DNA of 64,000 nucleotides, taken from the NCBI GenBank assembly GCA_017626395.1, contig JAGAIU010000075.1:42349-106348 (forward strand). Reading direction: 5' to 3'. Shown one piece after another: positions 1 through 10,306 of the stretch. Positions within the stretch are counted from its first letter, which is position 1; each line of letters begins with the position of its first letter. The DNA comes from Clostridia bacterium. Its GTDB lineage: Bacteria > Bacillota > Clostridia > TANB77 > CAG-465. Below the pieces are notes generated by a model. That model saw nothing but the letters and a program-made list of their open reading frames with translations. It ran no database searches and was not told where the DNA came from. The position numbers were made by a program, and so were the translations under genes.

Positions 1-1719
1 TTCATTTTTTGAAGTTATAATTTCTTTTGCCAAAGGGAGATATTCTTTTAATATAAAATCTTGAACTTTATCATTATATTTTTCTGGCTCAAAAATGCTT
101 ACACCAATATTATAATCATTCCAATACTCTTTAAAAACACCTGGATTTTTTTCTCTTTCAAGATGTCGTTCCTTAAAAATATTAACTATATTTTTTATTG
201 CTTCCAATTCATTATTATCTATTTCAATATTATATAAAATATTTTCAGTTGTACCTTTATTTTCAAATAATTCATTATATTTTTCAATTTTGGGATTTCG
301 TTGTTTTATTTTTATAATGCAATTAGAAATATCATAATTAATATGATTTTTATTTTTTATCAACGAATCAATAATATATTGATAAATTTCAAAATCAGTT
401 TGTGACAATTCTTCTACTTTAATTTCATTTATTATTTTTCCAAAATCAATATAGAATCTTGAATAACTTTTTTCAAAATATAATTTAAGTATATTCAATA
501 AATCACTAATTCTTTTATTTCTCAACATATTATTTCCAATAGACTTAAAAGCATCACTTACTATATTTATTTGATAGTCTTTATTTATATTAACAATAGA
601 ATATATATTATTAGTTAACTCATTAAATAATGAATCGTCTATATATTTACCATATACTTCATACAAAAAAATATTATTTTTATCTGTTTCAAATTTAAAT
701 AATGATTTTCGAATTTCAATCAGACAATTTATATAATCCTCATCATTAACAAAGTTATACCCTAATTTAATTTTATTATATAAACTTTTATACTTTTTAA
801 ATTCACCACTTAAAAATAATATCTTTAATGTTGTTTTATAAAAATCTTCATCTTCAAATGTGATTGCATACATATACATTATGTTTGCTATTAATTCTCT
901 TATAAGTTGCATATGAGTTATTGAACCATAAAAAACTGTTAAATATACTAATTGTTGAATTTGTTTAAAACATTCTTCTAAACCTATTCCATATATAACA
1001 GTATATTTAGACTTATTTTTATTATCAAAAATAGTTTTAGATAAATTATCAAAAATTTCTGATTTAATTCTATCAACATCAGGATATGACAACTTGTGTT
1101 TATTCTCATTAATTTTATTTTGATATTTATTTTTAAAAGAAAATCTATTAATTGAATTTTCATATTGATGAAGTATATTTCTACCATCTATGCAAATATC
1201 ATCTAAATACCAAGTTGGAAAATCATTACAATTAATAGCATAATCAAATAATTCATTATATCCATTTGTCGCTTTTTCTAAATCTCCACTAAAATATGCA
1301 AAATTCGCTTCCCATCGCTTACAAATCGTGCTATCGTCACTTAAATCAAATTCTGATTTAATGATATTATAAAATTCTAACAATTCTTTATCGGGAAAAT
1401 TAGATAAACCAAATATCCAATCCACTATTTTTTTACCTAATATTAACGGCTTGCTAGTAAATTCATATGTTTTTTTATTAAAATTCGGAAACACTAAATG
1501 ATATGCATAATTCTCTAATTCATCAAATTTGTTAAGGTATTTTTTGTAAAAAACATTATAATTAACCTTGTTTGTTATAATTTCATAACCCTTTTCTATA
1601 TTGATGTTGTAAACTGTCGTATTGTATATACTAGTTTCATTACCATTAATAACTTTTTCAACATTTTGATATAAGGCATTAGAATTATCAACTTTTCTTT
1701 TATCTATTTTTATCTCCAT
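1..1719 (-). CDS. Large hypothetical protein, partial (at least 570 aa; its C-terminus lies beyond the window start)
   Basis: Continuous minus-strand reading frame from an ATG near 1719 (MEIKIDKRKVDNSNALYQNVEK...) running off position 1. An AGGAG ribosome-binding site sits 8-9 nt upstream. It is missing from the ORF track because no stop codon falls inside the window. No recognisable family. Confidence 0.5.
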   Translation of the reverse strand, partial: MEIKIDKRKVDNSNALYQNVEKVINGNETSIYNTTVYNINIEKGYEIITNKVNYNVFYKKYLNKFDELENYAYHLVFPNFNKKTYEFTSKPLILGKKIVDWIFGLSNFPDKELLEFYNIIKSEFDLSDDSTICKRWEANFAYFSGDLEKATNGYNELFDYAINCNDFPTWYLDDICIDGRNILHQYENSINRFSFKNKYQNKINENKHKLSYPDVDRIKSEIFDNLSKTIFDNKNKSKYTVIYGIGLEECFKQIQQLVYLTVFYGSITHMQLIRELIANIMYMYAITFEDEDFYKTTLKILFLSGEFKKYKSLYNKIKLGYNFVNDEDYINCLIEIRKSLFKFETDKNNIFLYEVYGKYIDDSLFNELTNNIYSIVNINKDYQINIVSDAFKSIGNNMLRNKRISDLLNILKLYFEKSYSRFYIDFGKIINEIKVEELSQTDFEIYQYIIDSLIKNKNHINYDISNCIIKIKQRNPKIEKYNELFENKGTTENILYNIEIDNNELEAIKNIVNIFKERHLEREKNPGVFKEYWNDYNIGVSIFEPEKYNDKVQDFILKEYLPLAKEIITSKNE

Positions 1720-1900
1720 TATAAATTTCTCCTACATTTTGATATATTGCTTTCTTGTTGTTAATCTTTCTTTTATCTTTATTTATAGAACCTATCACAG
1801 TAAATTTATTTTTTACTATTATTATACTTCCAATACTTCCACCTACAAATCCAGAGATTAATGGAATAATGATATCAACAATAATTTCTTTTAAACTCAT
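1700..1900 (-). CDS. Small single-pass membrane protein (about 66 aa)
   Basis: Track ORF 1700..1921. The more likely start is the internal Met (MSLKEIIVDIIIPLISGFVGGSIGSIIIV...), which has a perfect AGGAGG 7 nt upstream. It contains one hydrophobic helix, and its stop codon overlaps the start of the large ORF downstream. Confidence 0.35.
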   Translation of the reverse strand: MSLKEIIVDIIIPLISGFVGGSIGSIIIVKNKFTVIGSINKDKRKINNKKAIYQNVGEIYNGDKNR

Positions 1901-2427
1901 ACTTTTCCTCCTTTTTTGCAAAAAATTATTTAATATATATTATATCATATCTTTTGGCTTAATAATATCTTATTTATTATTTAAATTATAAATATTTATT
2001 TTATATTCTAGCGCTCATTACATCCTTAATATTAATATTAATTTTATTTCTTTTTTAATTTTCCGTATATTTATTATCTTCTATATTCGGATGCAAATAC
2101 TATGTGGTACTTGCATTCCTACGTTGTATGTGCTGAACTTTCTGTGTATGAATTTTTCATACGTAAAAATCTCCCTTCGTATAATTATTTGGTTGCCGCC
2201 AATTACATTATACCATAAGGGAGATTTTCTTTTTTGTTACTTTATTCATAGCTAAAAGCTTTTTGGAACCACATGCATAGCATGTGCTCTTCTCTGAAGC
2301 CAAAAAGAAGGATTCAAAACTGAATCCTTCTTCTACTAATTATTTTGGGAAATTTTTCCTCTACTTTTGACTTAGAACCCAAAAATATCGTCTAACTTTG
2401 CCCAATATTTTAAGTGTACTTCATAAT

Positions 2428-3882
2428 TTAATTTACTTTTATTTTTAGCATTTTTTGAAACATATTTTTACTCATTCTCCAGAATTCATCTTTTTTTATT
2501 GCTAAAAAAGCTAATGTACATATCAAGAAAAACAATCCGCCAACCAATATTTGAACAACTATTGTTACTATACTATCTCCTATTAGTGTGCCTAACCAAT
2601 TAACTATAAACATCATACAAAATCCTATTATAAGAACAGGCATATATTCAAAAATATATTTAAGTACAGGGATTTCTTTTCTTACAGCAAAAACTTGCAT
2701 TATCATTACGCTAAATTCTGCAAATATTGTTCCTATTGCAGCACCAACAGCAGCGTATTTAGGTATCAACAATAAATTGATTATTAAATTTACAATTCCT
2801 CCAACCACAGTAGATATAACATAAATTTTATCATAATTATTTGGCATTAAATATTGTGTTCTGATAACATTAGCCCATGATATAAAAAATACAGTTATTG
2901 ATAATAAATATATAATTTTAGCAGATGGTTCAAATCCTTCTCCAAAAAAAACTGGTGTAAAAACATTACTAATTCCCATTAATCCAAAAGCAATAGCAGA
3001 TGATATTATAGTTACTAATTTAACAGATAAAGAAATATACTGCTTGCTTTTATCATTTTTACCATTAGCAACCATATTTGACATCCTTGGAAGCATAACA
3101 GTTCCTAAAGCTGTTATTATTCCCATCGGTATATTAATTATCTTTTCCGCATTATTATAATATCCTACTTCTGAATAATTAGATATATTTCCTAACATTA
3201 TTTTATCCATTACTTTATATATACTATAAGCTATAACAGGAATAAAAAGTATGATTATAGGCTTTATATTTTCTGTTATATTTCTAAAACTTACTTTTTT
3301 AAAAGTAACAAATTTCTTAACATAAAACCAAAGATATAATTGACTAATAAAAGTTCCTAATGACATAATCAAAGTATAAATCCATAAGTCACTTATATCT
3401 TTTACAAATATAAACATACTAATTACAGTTAAAATTTTAATTACAACATTTCTAAATACTGTCAATTTAAATTGTTCTAATCCGAAAAATAACCAACTAA
3501 TATCTAATAAACCTGAAGCAACATAAAAAGTTTGCAATAAAAATATCATGTTGTTTTCAGAAGCTATAAATAAAGAATATACAACATAACTTATTATTGC
3601 TATTATGAACAATATAAATTGCAATGAATATATACTGCTAAACTTTTCATTTAATTTTTCTTTATCATCACGTACAGATGCAATAGTTCTATTTCCATAA
3701 TTACTAATTCCGAGCATAGCAATTAATATAAAATAGTATGCAACAGAGTTGGTATAAGAATAAACTCCAACTGCATTGGCACCAAGTGTTCTAGAAATAT
3801 ATGGAGCGGTAATTAGTGGTAATATAACTAGTAATATTTGATATATTGTATTATATATAAAATTTTTCTTAACAGATTCCAT
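2428..3882 (-). CDS. wzx: Wzx-type oligosaccharide flippase (polysaccharide biosynthesis protein, MOP superfamily)
   Basis: 484 aa, multi-helix membrane protein. The N-terminus (IYNTIYQILLVILPLITAPYISRTLGANAVGVYSYTNSV) is typical of the PST/Wzx family. Confidence 0.85.
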   Translation of the reverse strand: MESVKKNFIYNTIYQILLVILPLITAPYISRTLGANAVGVYSYTNSVAYYFILIAMLGISNYGNRTIASVRDDKEKLNEKFSSIYSLQFILFIIAIISYVVYSLFIASENNMIFLLQTFYVASGLLDISWLFFGLEQFKLTVFRNVVIKILTVISMFIFVKDISDLWIYTLIMSLGTFISQLYLWFYVKKFVTFKKVSFRNITENIKPIIILFIPVIAYSIYKVMDKIMLGNISNYSEVGYYNNAEKIINIPMGIITALGTVMLPRMSNMVANGKNDKSKQYISLSVKLVTIISSAIAFGLMGISNVFTPVFFGEGFEPSAKIIYLLSITVFFISWANVIRTQYLMPNNYDKIYVISTVVGGIVNLIINLLLIPKYAAVGAAIGTIFAEFSVMIMQVFAVRKEIPVLKYIFEYMPVLIIGFCMMFIVNWLGTLIGDSIVTIVVQILVGGLFFLICTLAFLAIKKDEFWRMSKNMFQKMLKIKVN

Positions 3883-3892
3883 AACTCACCAC

Positions 3893-4768
3893 CTACTCCT
3901 TAACAATGCTTTGCTTAATCTTTTCTATTATTTCTCTGTCTTTATTTATATTAAATTTTCTCGCAAAAAGCATATTAGAGTTGATTAAAAACTCATAATC
4001 TTCTATTTTATACTCATAAGGATTTCCTCTATTCCAATCAATGCAATATAGAATAGAAGAATAATCATCATTGTAATTCTTATTATATAGCTTTTCTTTA
4101 TAAGAAGAATTTAATACTAGTGTTTGTAAAAACATTTCATCAGCTGTAACCGTATGATTGTATTTCTTGTATATCATTTTCTCATTTTCTAAAACATATT
4201 TAGCTAACTTATCAGTAATAGTAAACCAATTAGCTCCTTTTCCTAAAGCCATATCGCTTTTTAATCTATTAATATTAAATTGCAATATTAGCAGAACCTT
4301 ATTAACAATTTTTTGAATAACATTTTTGTTCTTTCCAGTAAATAAATAATATTTATTTATTCGCTCTTTATATTCTCCTTTTAAATCTTTTGAATCAAAA
4401 TGCACATATTCTACTCCATAGCTAGCTTCAAAAAAATTATAAATTTCTTCTTGTGTCTTTAAAGGTAAATCTACTCCTGAAATCAAGTGATAATATGTGT
4501 GATTTGTTTTAGTAGCTTCCTTTAGCAATTCAATTTCACATCTTATTTGCGAAAATCCACCCCAACACACATCAATTCTATTTTTAAGAAAATTTAGCTT
4601 ACCTTTTTTAACGAATCCAAAAAACTCTTCTTCATTGAAATGCTTTACTTTTTTATCAACATGAACATAAATATCATTTTTTTCATAATCTAAACATTGA
4701 AGCAATATCTTAAATTGTTCAAAATTATTATGAATCATAACAAGGTATGCATGTCTATTTGCCATCAT
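3893..4768 (-). CDS. Glycosyltransferase, GT14-like (core-2/I-branching type)
   Basis: 291 aa. The N-terminus (AYLVMIHNNFEQFKILLQCLDYEKNDIYVHVDKK) resembles the bacterial GT14 family, and the gene sits in a capsule locus. Confidence 0.5.
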   Translation of the reverse strand: MMANRHAYLVMIHNNFEQFKILLQCLDYEKNDIYVHVDKKVKHFNEEEFFGFVKKGKLNFLKNRIDVCWGGFSQIRCEIELLKEATKTNHTYYHLISGVDLPLKTQEEIYNFFEASYGVEYVHFDSKDLKGEYKERINKYYLFTGKNKNVIQKIVNKVLLILQFNINRLKSDMALGKGANWFTITDKLAKYVLENEKMIYKKYNHTVTADEMFLQTLVLNSSYKEKLYNKNYNDDYSSILYCIDWNRGNPYEYKIEDYEFLINSNMLFARKFNINKDREIIEKIKQSIVKE

Positions 4769-5921
4769 TTATCACCTTTGATAATTTATCTAAATAACCA
4801 TACGATTTTTCTTTTAAACCGTCTAATCTGCTATAAACATCTTCATAATCTGGCATTTCATTTAAATCCATTTCTTTTAAATCTTTTATTGTTTTATATC
4901 TTCCCATAAGATTTAATTGTGTCAAAAACGAAATCGCTCTATCATCTTTTGATGGATCATTTTTTCCACTATCTATATACCAGAAATTTTTACGATAAAT
5001 TGTTGCAAAAGCTGTTCCATGAAAAGATGTAGTTATAAACATTTTAGAATTTTTAACAACATTCATATATACATCTGGACCATAACTTTTTATTAATTTT
5101 ATTTTGTTTTTCCAGCATGTTTTTAAAGTCCATTCCTTGGCTTCCATAAAATATACTGGCATATTATATTTCTTTGAAACAAAATTTAAAAACTTTTGAA
5201 CTTCCTCTGTAATATGGAAACAATAATAAAAAATATAATCTCCTTTAATTATTGGTTCTCCTACATTTACAGTATTTTCCCATTCTTCCTCAGATAATAA
5301 CATAGTTGGGTCTAAGCAAATTTGTGGCTCTATACCAGTACCTGCTTTAATCCATTTTTGTGCATTATGTTCTCTAACAGAAAGTAAATTAAAATTTCTA
5401 ATGCATTCTGCATACTTGTCCTTCTTGTTAGTTAAAAAAGGATTATTTGCTCCAAAACTTACTGCATATGATAATTTAGGAGCTTTTGTTTCAAAATCTA
5501 AATAATAAATATCATCCGCATCTTGTGCTTTAACGTTCCAAACTTGGTCACTTCCAGCTACAAAAGCATCATACTTATCTTTTATTTTTTCAAATTCTTC
5601 TCTATTAGAAATAATCTTTCCCGATAACTTAAAGTACTTATTAATAAATTCATTATATGAATTAAATTGTATTTTTAATTGTTTTAAATTTGTAGCTAGA
5701 ATCATATTTTTAATGATTTTTTTATAGTTTGTTGCTTTTGATAAAACAGCATACATATTCTGTTGTGCTTCATTTGAATAATTAACTACTTCTGCATCAA
5801 AATTATATTTGTTTCTTAAAACACTTTGTAAAGCTAATGTTTGTAACATTGATCCATTATTATGTGACGCATGAAACGTCATTATACCTACTTTTTTCAT
5901 ACTTAAAACTTCCTTTCCCAT
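4755..5921 (-). CDS. Polysaccharide pyruvyl transferase family protein
   Basis: 388 aa. The N-terminal motif KVGIMTFHASHNNGSMLQTLALQ matches the PS_pyruv_trans signature (TFHxxHNYGAxLQAYAL). Confidence 0.65.
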   Translation of the reverse strand: MGKEVLSMKKVGIMTFHASHNNGSMLQTLALQSVLRNKYNFDAEVVNYSNEAQQNMYAVLSKATNYKKIIKNMILATNLKQLKIQFNSYNEFINKYFKLSGKIISNREEFEKIKDKYDAFVAGSDQVWNVKAQDADDIYYLDFETKAPKLSYAVSFGANNPFLTNKKDKYAECIRNFNLLSVREHNAQKWIKAGTGIEPQICLDPTMLLSEEEWENTVNVGEPIIKGDYIFYYCFHITEEVQKFLNFVSKKYNMPVYFMEAKEWTLKTCWKNKIKLIKSYGPDVYMNVVKNSKMFITTSFHGTAFATIYRKNFWYIDSGKNDPSKDDRAISFLTQLNLMGRYKTIKDLKEMDLNEMPDYEDVYSRLDGLKEKSYGYLDKLSKVINDGK

Positions 5922-5941
5922 TCATAATATCTTTTAATAAT

Positions 5942-7189
5942 CTAATTAATGTTAATTATTGTATAGATATTTTTTTCTTTAAAAATATTTTCTTTATTAT
6001 ATATATAAGCTAGGAAAATAACTAAATAGACATAATTAGTTATAGACCCAGAATTAAATAAATTTGCTTCAAATAAAGCAGTATACATATATACAACTAA
6101 TATTGGAAATATTTTAGTTTTCATAAATACATTTCCAGAAAAGTAAAAATTTTTCAATAATATATATATAGCATATAATATTAATGCAAAACCTATAATT
6201 CCAGTAGAAATTAATATATATATGTATCCATTATCTAACCAATATGTTGTATATGGAGTTAGATGTGTACCATATGCTGTATTAGATACATACCCCAATC
6301 CCTCATATACTCTACCACTACTCCAAAATTCTGGTAAAGCTTTTTCAAATAATAATGATCTTTGAGATTGTATAAGTATTTCATCAAAATCTAAATTAGA
6401 AGCAAAAACTATTAGTGCACCAAAAAAAGTAATTTTTATAAAGGTTATAGCAATCTTTTTTCTGTTGGAAATATTATTATTATAAAATTTCTCAAAAGCT
6501 ATAATTACAATAAAAGCTATCAATCCGGTTAAAGAGCTTCTTGAAGCACTACAAAGTAACATGATTATAGATATACTCATTAAAACAGTAGTAATTAATT
6601 TCTCAAGATTTTCTTTTTTTAGCATAGACCATAATATTACATTACATAGACAAGCACCGCCTAAAGTATTATAATGTCCAAACCCAAAATTAGCTCTTGT
6701 TCTTTCAGACTTACTCATTATATTTGCAATATTACTTAAATTTAAGTCTGAGAAATTTGATAATAATTGTACTACCAAAACAAATGATAAAGCATAAAAA
6801 GATGATTTAATAAATGTATCAACGGCATCAAATTTTATCGTAGCACATGCCGTTAAAATTACTATAACCACAAACATAATTTGAGATTTAAACTGACTAG
6901 TAGTTAAATCTATCATCATAGGATTTACTAAAATTTTTCCCCATACAATAGTATGTAATAACAATACCAGTGCCACTTTAAAAAAGTCTTTATGTTTAAA
7001 TGTATCTAATTTAATCTTCCCCTTAGATTTTATCAATAATAAAACCAATATTAAGACAATATAAATAATCTGCAAAAGTATAGGATCAATTGGAAGAGTA
7101 TAGTTACCTGTTAATACAAGAATTCTACTAACAAATAAAACAAAAAATATTACTCCAAATAGCACATTAACACTAATCTTTTTTTCCAT
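5942..7189 (-). CDS. wzy: Wzy-type repeat-unit polymerase / O-antigen ligase-like membrane protein
   Basis: 415 aa with roughly 10-12 hydrophobic helices and a large loop. It sits between glycosyltransferases and the flippase. Confidence 0.6.
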   Translation of the reverse strand: MEKKISVNVLFGVIFFVLFVSRILVLTGNYTLPIDPILLQIIYIVLILVLLLIKSKGKIKLDTFKHKDFFKVALVLLLHTIVWGKILVNPMMIDLTTSQFKSQIMFVVIVILTACATIKFDAVDTFIKSSFYALSFVLVVQLLSNFSDLNLSNIANIMSKSERTRANFGFGHYNTLGGACLCNVILWSMLKKENLEKLITTVLMSISIIMLLCSASRSSLTGLIAFIVIIAFEKFYNNNISNRKKIAITFIKITFFGALIVFASNLDFDEILIQSQRSLLFEKALPEFWSSGRVYEGLGYVSNTAYGTHLTPYTTYWLDNGYIYILISTGIIGFALILYAIYILLKNFYFSGNVFMKTKIFPILVVYMYTALFEANLFNSGSITNYVYLVIFLAYIYNKENIFKEKNIYTIININ

Positions 7190-7220
7190 CTCTTACCTCC
7201 TTTTCCATTCTTTTGGTGCT

Positions 7221-8252
7221 TTATATTTTACTTTCAACAATAATACGTTCTTTCTCTATTTTTAATATTTTTCTTTTAGTATAACTCCAACAATGCTTTA
7301 TAAATTCATCTACATCATCATATAATTCTTTTATGAAACTATAGGAATTGTACTTATTTATATTATTTTTTACATTTTCATCAACACATGTAAAAACTTT
7401 ATTTTTAGAAATAATCATTTTATTTGAAAATTCACCTTCCAAATCCCATTTTCTTTTTTGTATATGAATATATATGTACTCTCTTGATTTTACGACTTCA
7501 TTTTCTATATAATATTGGAAAATTTTTTTATCTTCCCACATAAATATTTGATTTTTAAAATTTACAGGATTATATTCTTTTCTAAATTCTTCATATATGC
7601 TTGGATAATATTTTAAATCAGTACACATTGTATATCTACGTTTTGATGGCCAGATATCTGCATAAATTATTTTATCAAAAAAACTATTTTTATTTTTATT
7701 AAAAATTTTAATAAGTGCTAATTCATCAAATAAATAATTTCTCTCATCAGTAAATATTTTCTTGTAATCTGAATATCCAACAACTTTTTCCATAAATTTA
7801 ATATTATTTTCTTTAGTATTTTTATACAAGCTCAAATGTCCCATTGGTAAAAATTTATCATATTTTTCTAAATTGTATTTTTCGAAAAAAGATCTTAAAT
7901 CTCCCCATATTAAATCAAAATCACAATGTCCCCAATAATCATAACCAATAAATAAATCGCTAAAAACAAATCCATAAGCTGGTTTATAATCACAAAGTTT
8001 AAATGGCGAATCAATTTTAGCTTTAAATCCAATTTTCTCACTCACTCTAGCTCTAACTTGCTTTAAAGTCATATTAATTATTTTAACATTTTCGGGAACA
8101 TTCTTAATACTTTGATCTGTTATAACTATAAAATCAACAGATGGATTATTTTCACATGATTTTAACCATACTGAAAAGTAATTTGGTAATTTTCCCATAT
8201 ATATTCCCATAATACATACTTTACTATTTTTTTTCATAAACTTTTTCTCCAC
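7221..8252 (-). CDS. Putative capsule-synthesis glycosyltransferase (nucleotide-diphospho-sugar transferase-like)
   Basis: 343 aa with no transmembrane segment. The N-terminus (KVCIMGIYMGKLPNYFSVWLKSC) resembles capsule-synthesis proteins. Placement inside the capsule operon is the main support. Confidence 0.4.
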   Translation of the reverse strand: MEKKFMKKNSKVCIMGIYMGKLPNYFSVWLKSCENNPSVDFIVITDQSIKNVPENVKIINMTLKQVRARVSEKIGFKAKIDSPFKLCDYKPAYGFVFSDLFIGYDYWGHCDFDLIWGDLRSFFEKYNLEKYDKFLPMGHLSLYKNTKENNIKFMEKVVGYSDYKKIFTDERNYLFDELALIKIFNKNKNSFFDKIIYADIWPSKRRYTMCTDLKYYPSIYEEFRKEYNPVNFKNQIFMWEDKKIFQYYIENEVVKSREYIYIHIQKRKWDLEGEFSNKMIISKNKVFTCVDENVKNNINKYNSYSFIKELYDDVDEFIKHCWSYTKRKILKIEKERIIVESKI

Positions 8253-8281
8253 TCAAATATGTTCGATATTATTTAATTTCA

Positions 8282-9250
8282 TTAACTATTGAATAATATT
8301 GAACATAATTTATACATTTTGTTTTTCAACAATATTTTTCTACTAAAATCTTTTAAATTCCTTACTTTTACATTTAATATATTTTTAATCATTTCGTTTT
8401 CACCAAAGATATTTTTTATTTGTTTTTTATTATATCCACTTTTATATAATTTTCCTGCATAATTAGCAATATTTCTTAAAAAAGCTATATTTATTTTTTC
8501 TTTATAAAAATCGCTTCTTTCACATTTTTTGATTTTATTACTAATATCTTCATAAATAGTATTAAACTCTTCAAGATGCTTTAAAGATGTTTTTCTATGA
8601 CACAATCCATTTTCATTTATAGTATGAAAACATATAGCTTCACTACTTAAAAAGATTTTATCACAACAATTAATGTACTCTAAATTAAAAATCAAATCTT
8701 CTCCCATATTTAATCCTGGTTTAAATCTTATATTGTTTTTTTCTATAATTTCTTTTAAATATATTTTATCCCATGGTGCATTAATCTTATTTTCACAAAT
8801 CCATTCCATTACTCTTGATTTTTCTATATATTTATCAAATTCATCAATTAACCATGTTTTTTCCTTATATATTTTATGATTTTCATCAATATAATTATCT
8901 AATATGCAAAAATCTTTATTTTCAGCAATTGAAATGATTGTTTCAACATATTTTTCACTAACATAATCATCACTATCTAAAAAGCAAATATATTTTCCTT
9001 TAGCATATTCAATTCCTTTATTTCTTGCTATGCTAACCCCACTATTTTTTTGAGAAAAGTATTTTATATTATCATATTTCTGTTGTAATTCAAAACATAT
9101 CTTTGCTGAATTATCTAATGAACCATCATCTATAAGTATAATTTCAAATTCTTTTGATTTTTTTCTCTGATTAATAATAGATAAAATATTTGTATAAAGA
9201 TATGACTCTGCATTATATACAGGCACAATAATACTTAATAATATTGGCAT
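8282..9250 (-). CDS. Family 2 glycosyltransferase
   Basis: N-terminus LSIIVPVYNAESYL...EIILIDDGSLDNS is the classic GT2 pattern, including the DxD region. Confidence 0.85.
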   Translation of the reverse strand: MPILLSIIVPVYNAESYLYTNILSIINQRKKSKEFEIILIDDGSLDNSAKICFELQQKYDNIKYFSQKNSGVSIARNKGIEYAKGKYICFLDSDDYVSEKYVETIISIAENKDFCILDNYIDENHKIYKEKTWLIDEFDKYIEKSRVMEWICENKINAPWDKIYLKEIIEKNNIRFKPGLNMGEDLIFNLEYINCCDKIFLSSEAICFHTINENGLCHRKTSLKHLEEFNTIYEDISNKIKKCERSDFYKEKINIAFLRNIANYAGKLYKSGYNKKQIKNIFGENEMIKNILNVKVRNLKDFSRKILLKNKMYKLCSILFNS

Positions 9251-9264
9251 TATAATCGCCTCCG

Positions 9265-10290
9265 TTAATTTGCTTTTCTTTTTTTATTTACGAATTTAGC
9301 TAATACTAAACTAGTAAAAATAAAATTACATTTCAATAAAATTATAAAAGCTTGTGCACTTTTAGGTAATCCTTTAAGTTTAATTCCTTTAAGAGTATTA
9401 TTGTCTCTTATATTTTTTCTTATGTGCTTAGTTGATTTTAATATTGGTTGATTAGATTTTATTTCATGAAATACTGCCATGATTAACCAATACGCTTTAA
9501 AAGCATTTATTTGGGCATCTATTATATTATTTTTTCCTCCAATTTTAGAATCAATATACTCTGTTAATAATCTATTATTTTCAAATCTAGTTGGATCATA
9601 ATTATTAGTCATAGATCCCATATTTAATTGATTGTAATAATATAGGACATCTTCACAAAAATAAACATTATTAGAATAGTATAGGCATTCAAACACAAAT
9701 GCATTATCTTCTCCCATTCTTATTCTTTCTTCTGTACAATAATGTTTAGTTAATAGCTCTCTCTTAAAGATTTTATTCCAAGCAACAGGAAATATTAACC
9801 CAGTACAAAATGGTTTTCTACAGTCATACATCATGTATGGATATACATCTTTTTCTAATTTTTCTTTATTATAAAAACCTTCTATAGCACCTTTAGGAAT
9901 TTCAACTTGTTTATCTTCAAACTGACGTACAGCACTAAAAACAACCATATCAGGCTCGTATTTACTTATAGCTTTATCCATTGTTATTTGTAACAACTCT
10001 TTTGAAATCCAATCGTCACCATCTACATAACAAATGTATTCTCCCGTTGCTGCTAAAACACCTGTATTTCTTGCCGCTACCAAGCCACCATTTTTTTTAT
10101 GAATTACACGTACTCTAGAGTCTTTTTTGGCATACTCATCACAAATTTGCGGACAATTATCTGGAGAACCATCATCTACTAATATTAATTCATAATTTTT
10201 GTATGATTGTTCCAAAATACTATCAACACATTTTCTTAAATATTTTTCAACTTTATATATTGGAACAATTATCGAGAATTTTTTACTCAT
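9265..10290 (-). CDS. Family 2 glycosyltransferase
   Basis: N-terminus FSIIVPIYKVEKYL...ELILVDDGSPDN is a GT2 signature. Confidence 0.85.
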   Translation of the reverse strand: MSKKFSIIVPIYKVEKYLRKCVDSILEQSYKNYELILVDDGSPDNCPQICDEYAKKDSRVRVIHKKNGGLVAARNTGVLAATGEYICYVDGDDWISKELLQITMDKAISKYEPDMVVFSAVRQFEDKQVEIPKGAIEGFYNKEKLEKDVYPYMMYDCRKPFCTGLIFPVAWNKIFKRELLTKHYCTEERIRMGEDNAFVFECLYYSNNVYFCEDVLYYYNQLNMGSMTNNYDPTRFENNRLLTEYIDSKIGGKNNIIDAQINAFKAYWLIMAVFHEIKSNQPILKSTKHIRKNIRDNNTLKGIKLKGLPKSAQAFIILLKCNFIFTSLVLAKFVNKKRKAN

Positions 10291-10306
10291 TTTTTCCTCC
10301 TATATA

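Noticed and set aside
984-1187. Track ORF of 67 aa, low-complexity I/L/K-rich
   Set aside because: It lies in a different frame inside the long minus-strand ORF 1..1719, which is clearly the real gene. Its composition is what an AT-rich off-frame gives.
1755-1991. Plus-strand 78-aa ORF (TTG start)
   Set aside because: It is antisense to the small membrane-protein gene and its RBS, with no RBS of its own and hydrophobic low-complexity content.
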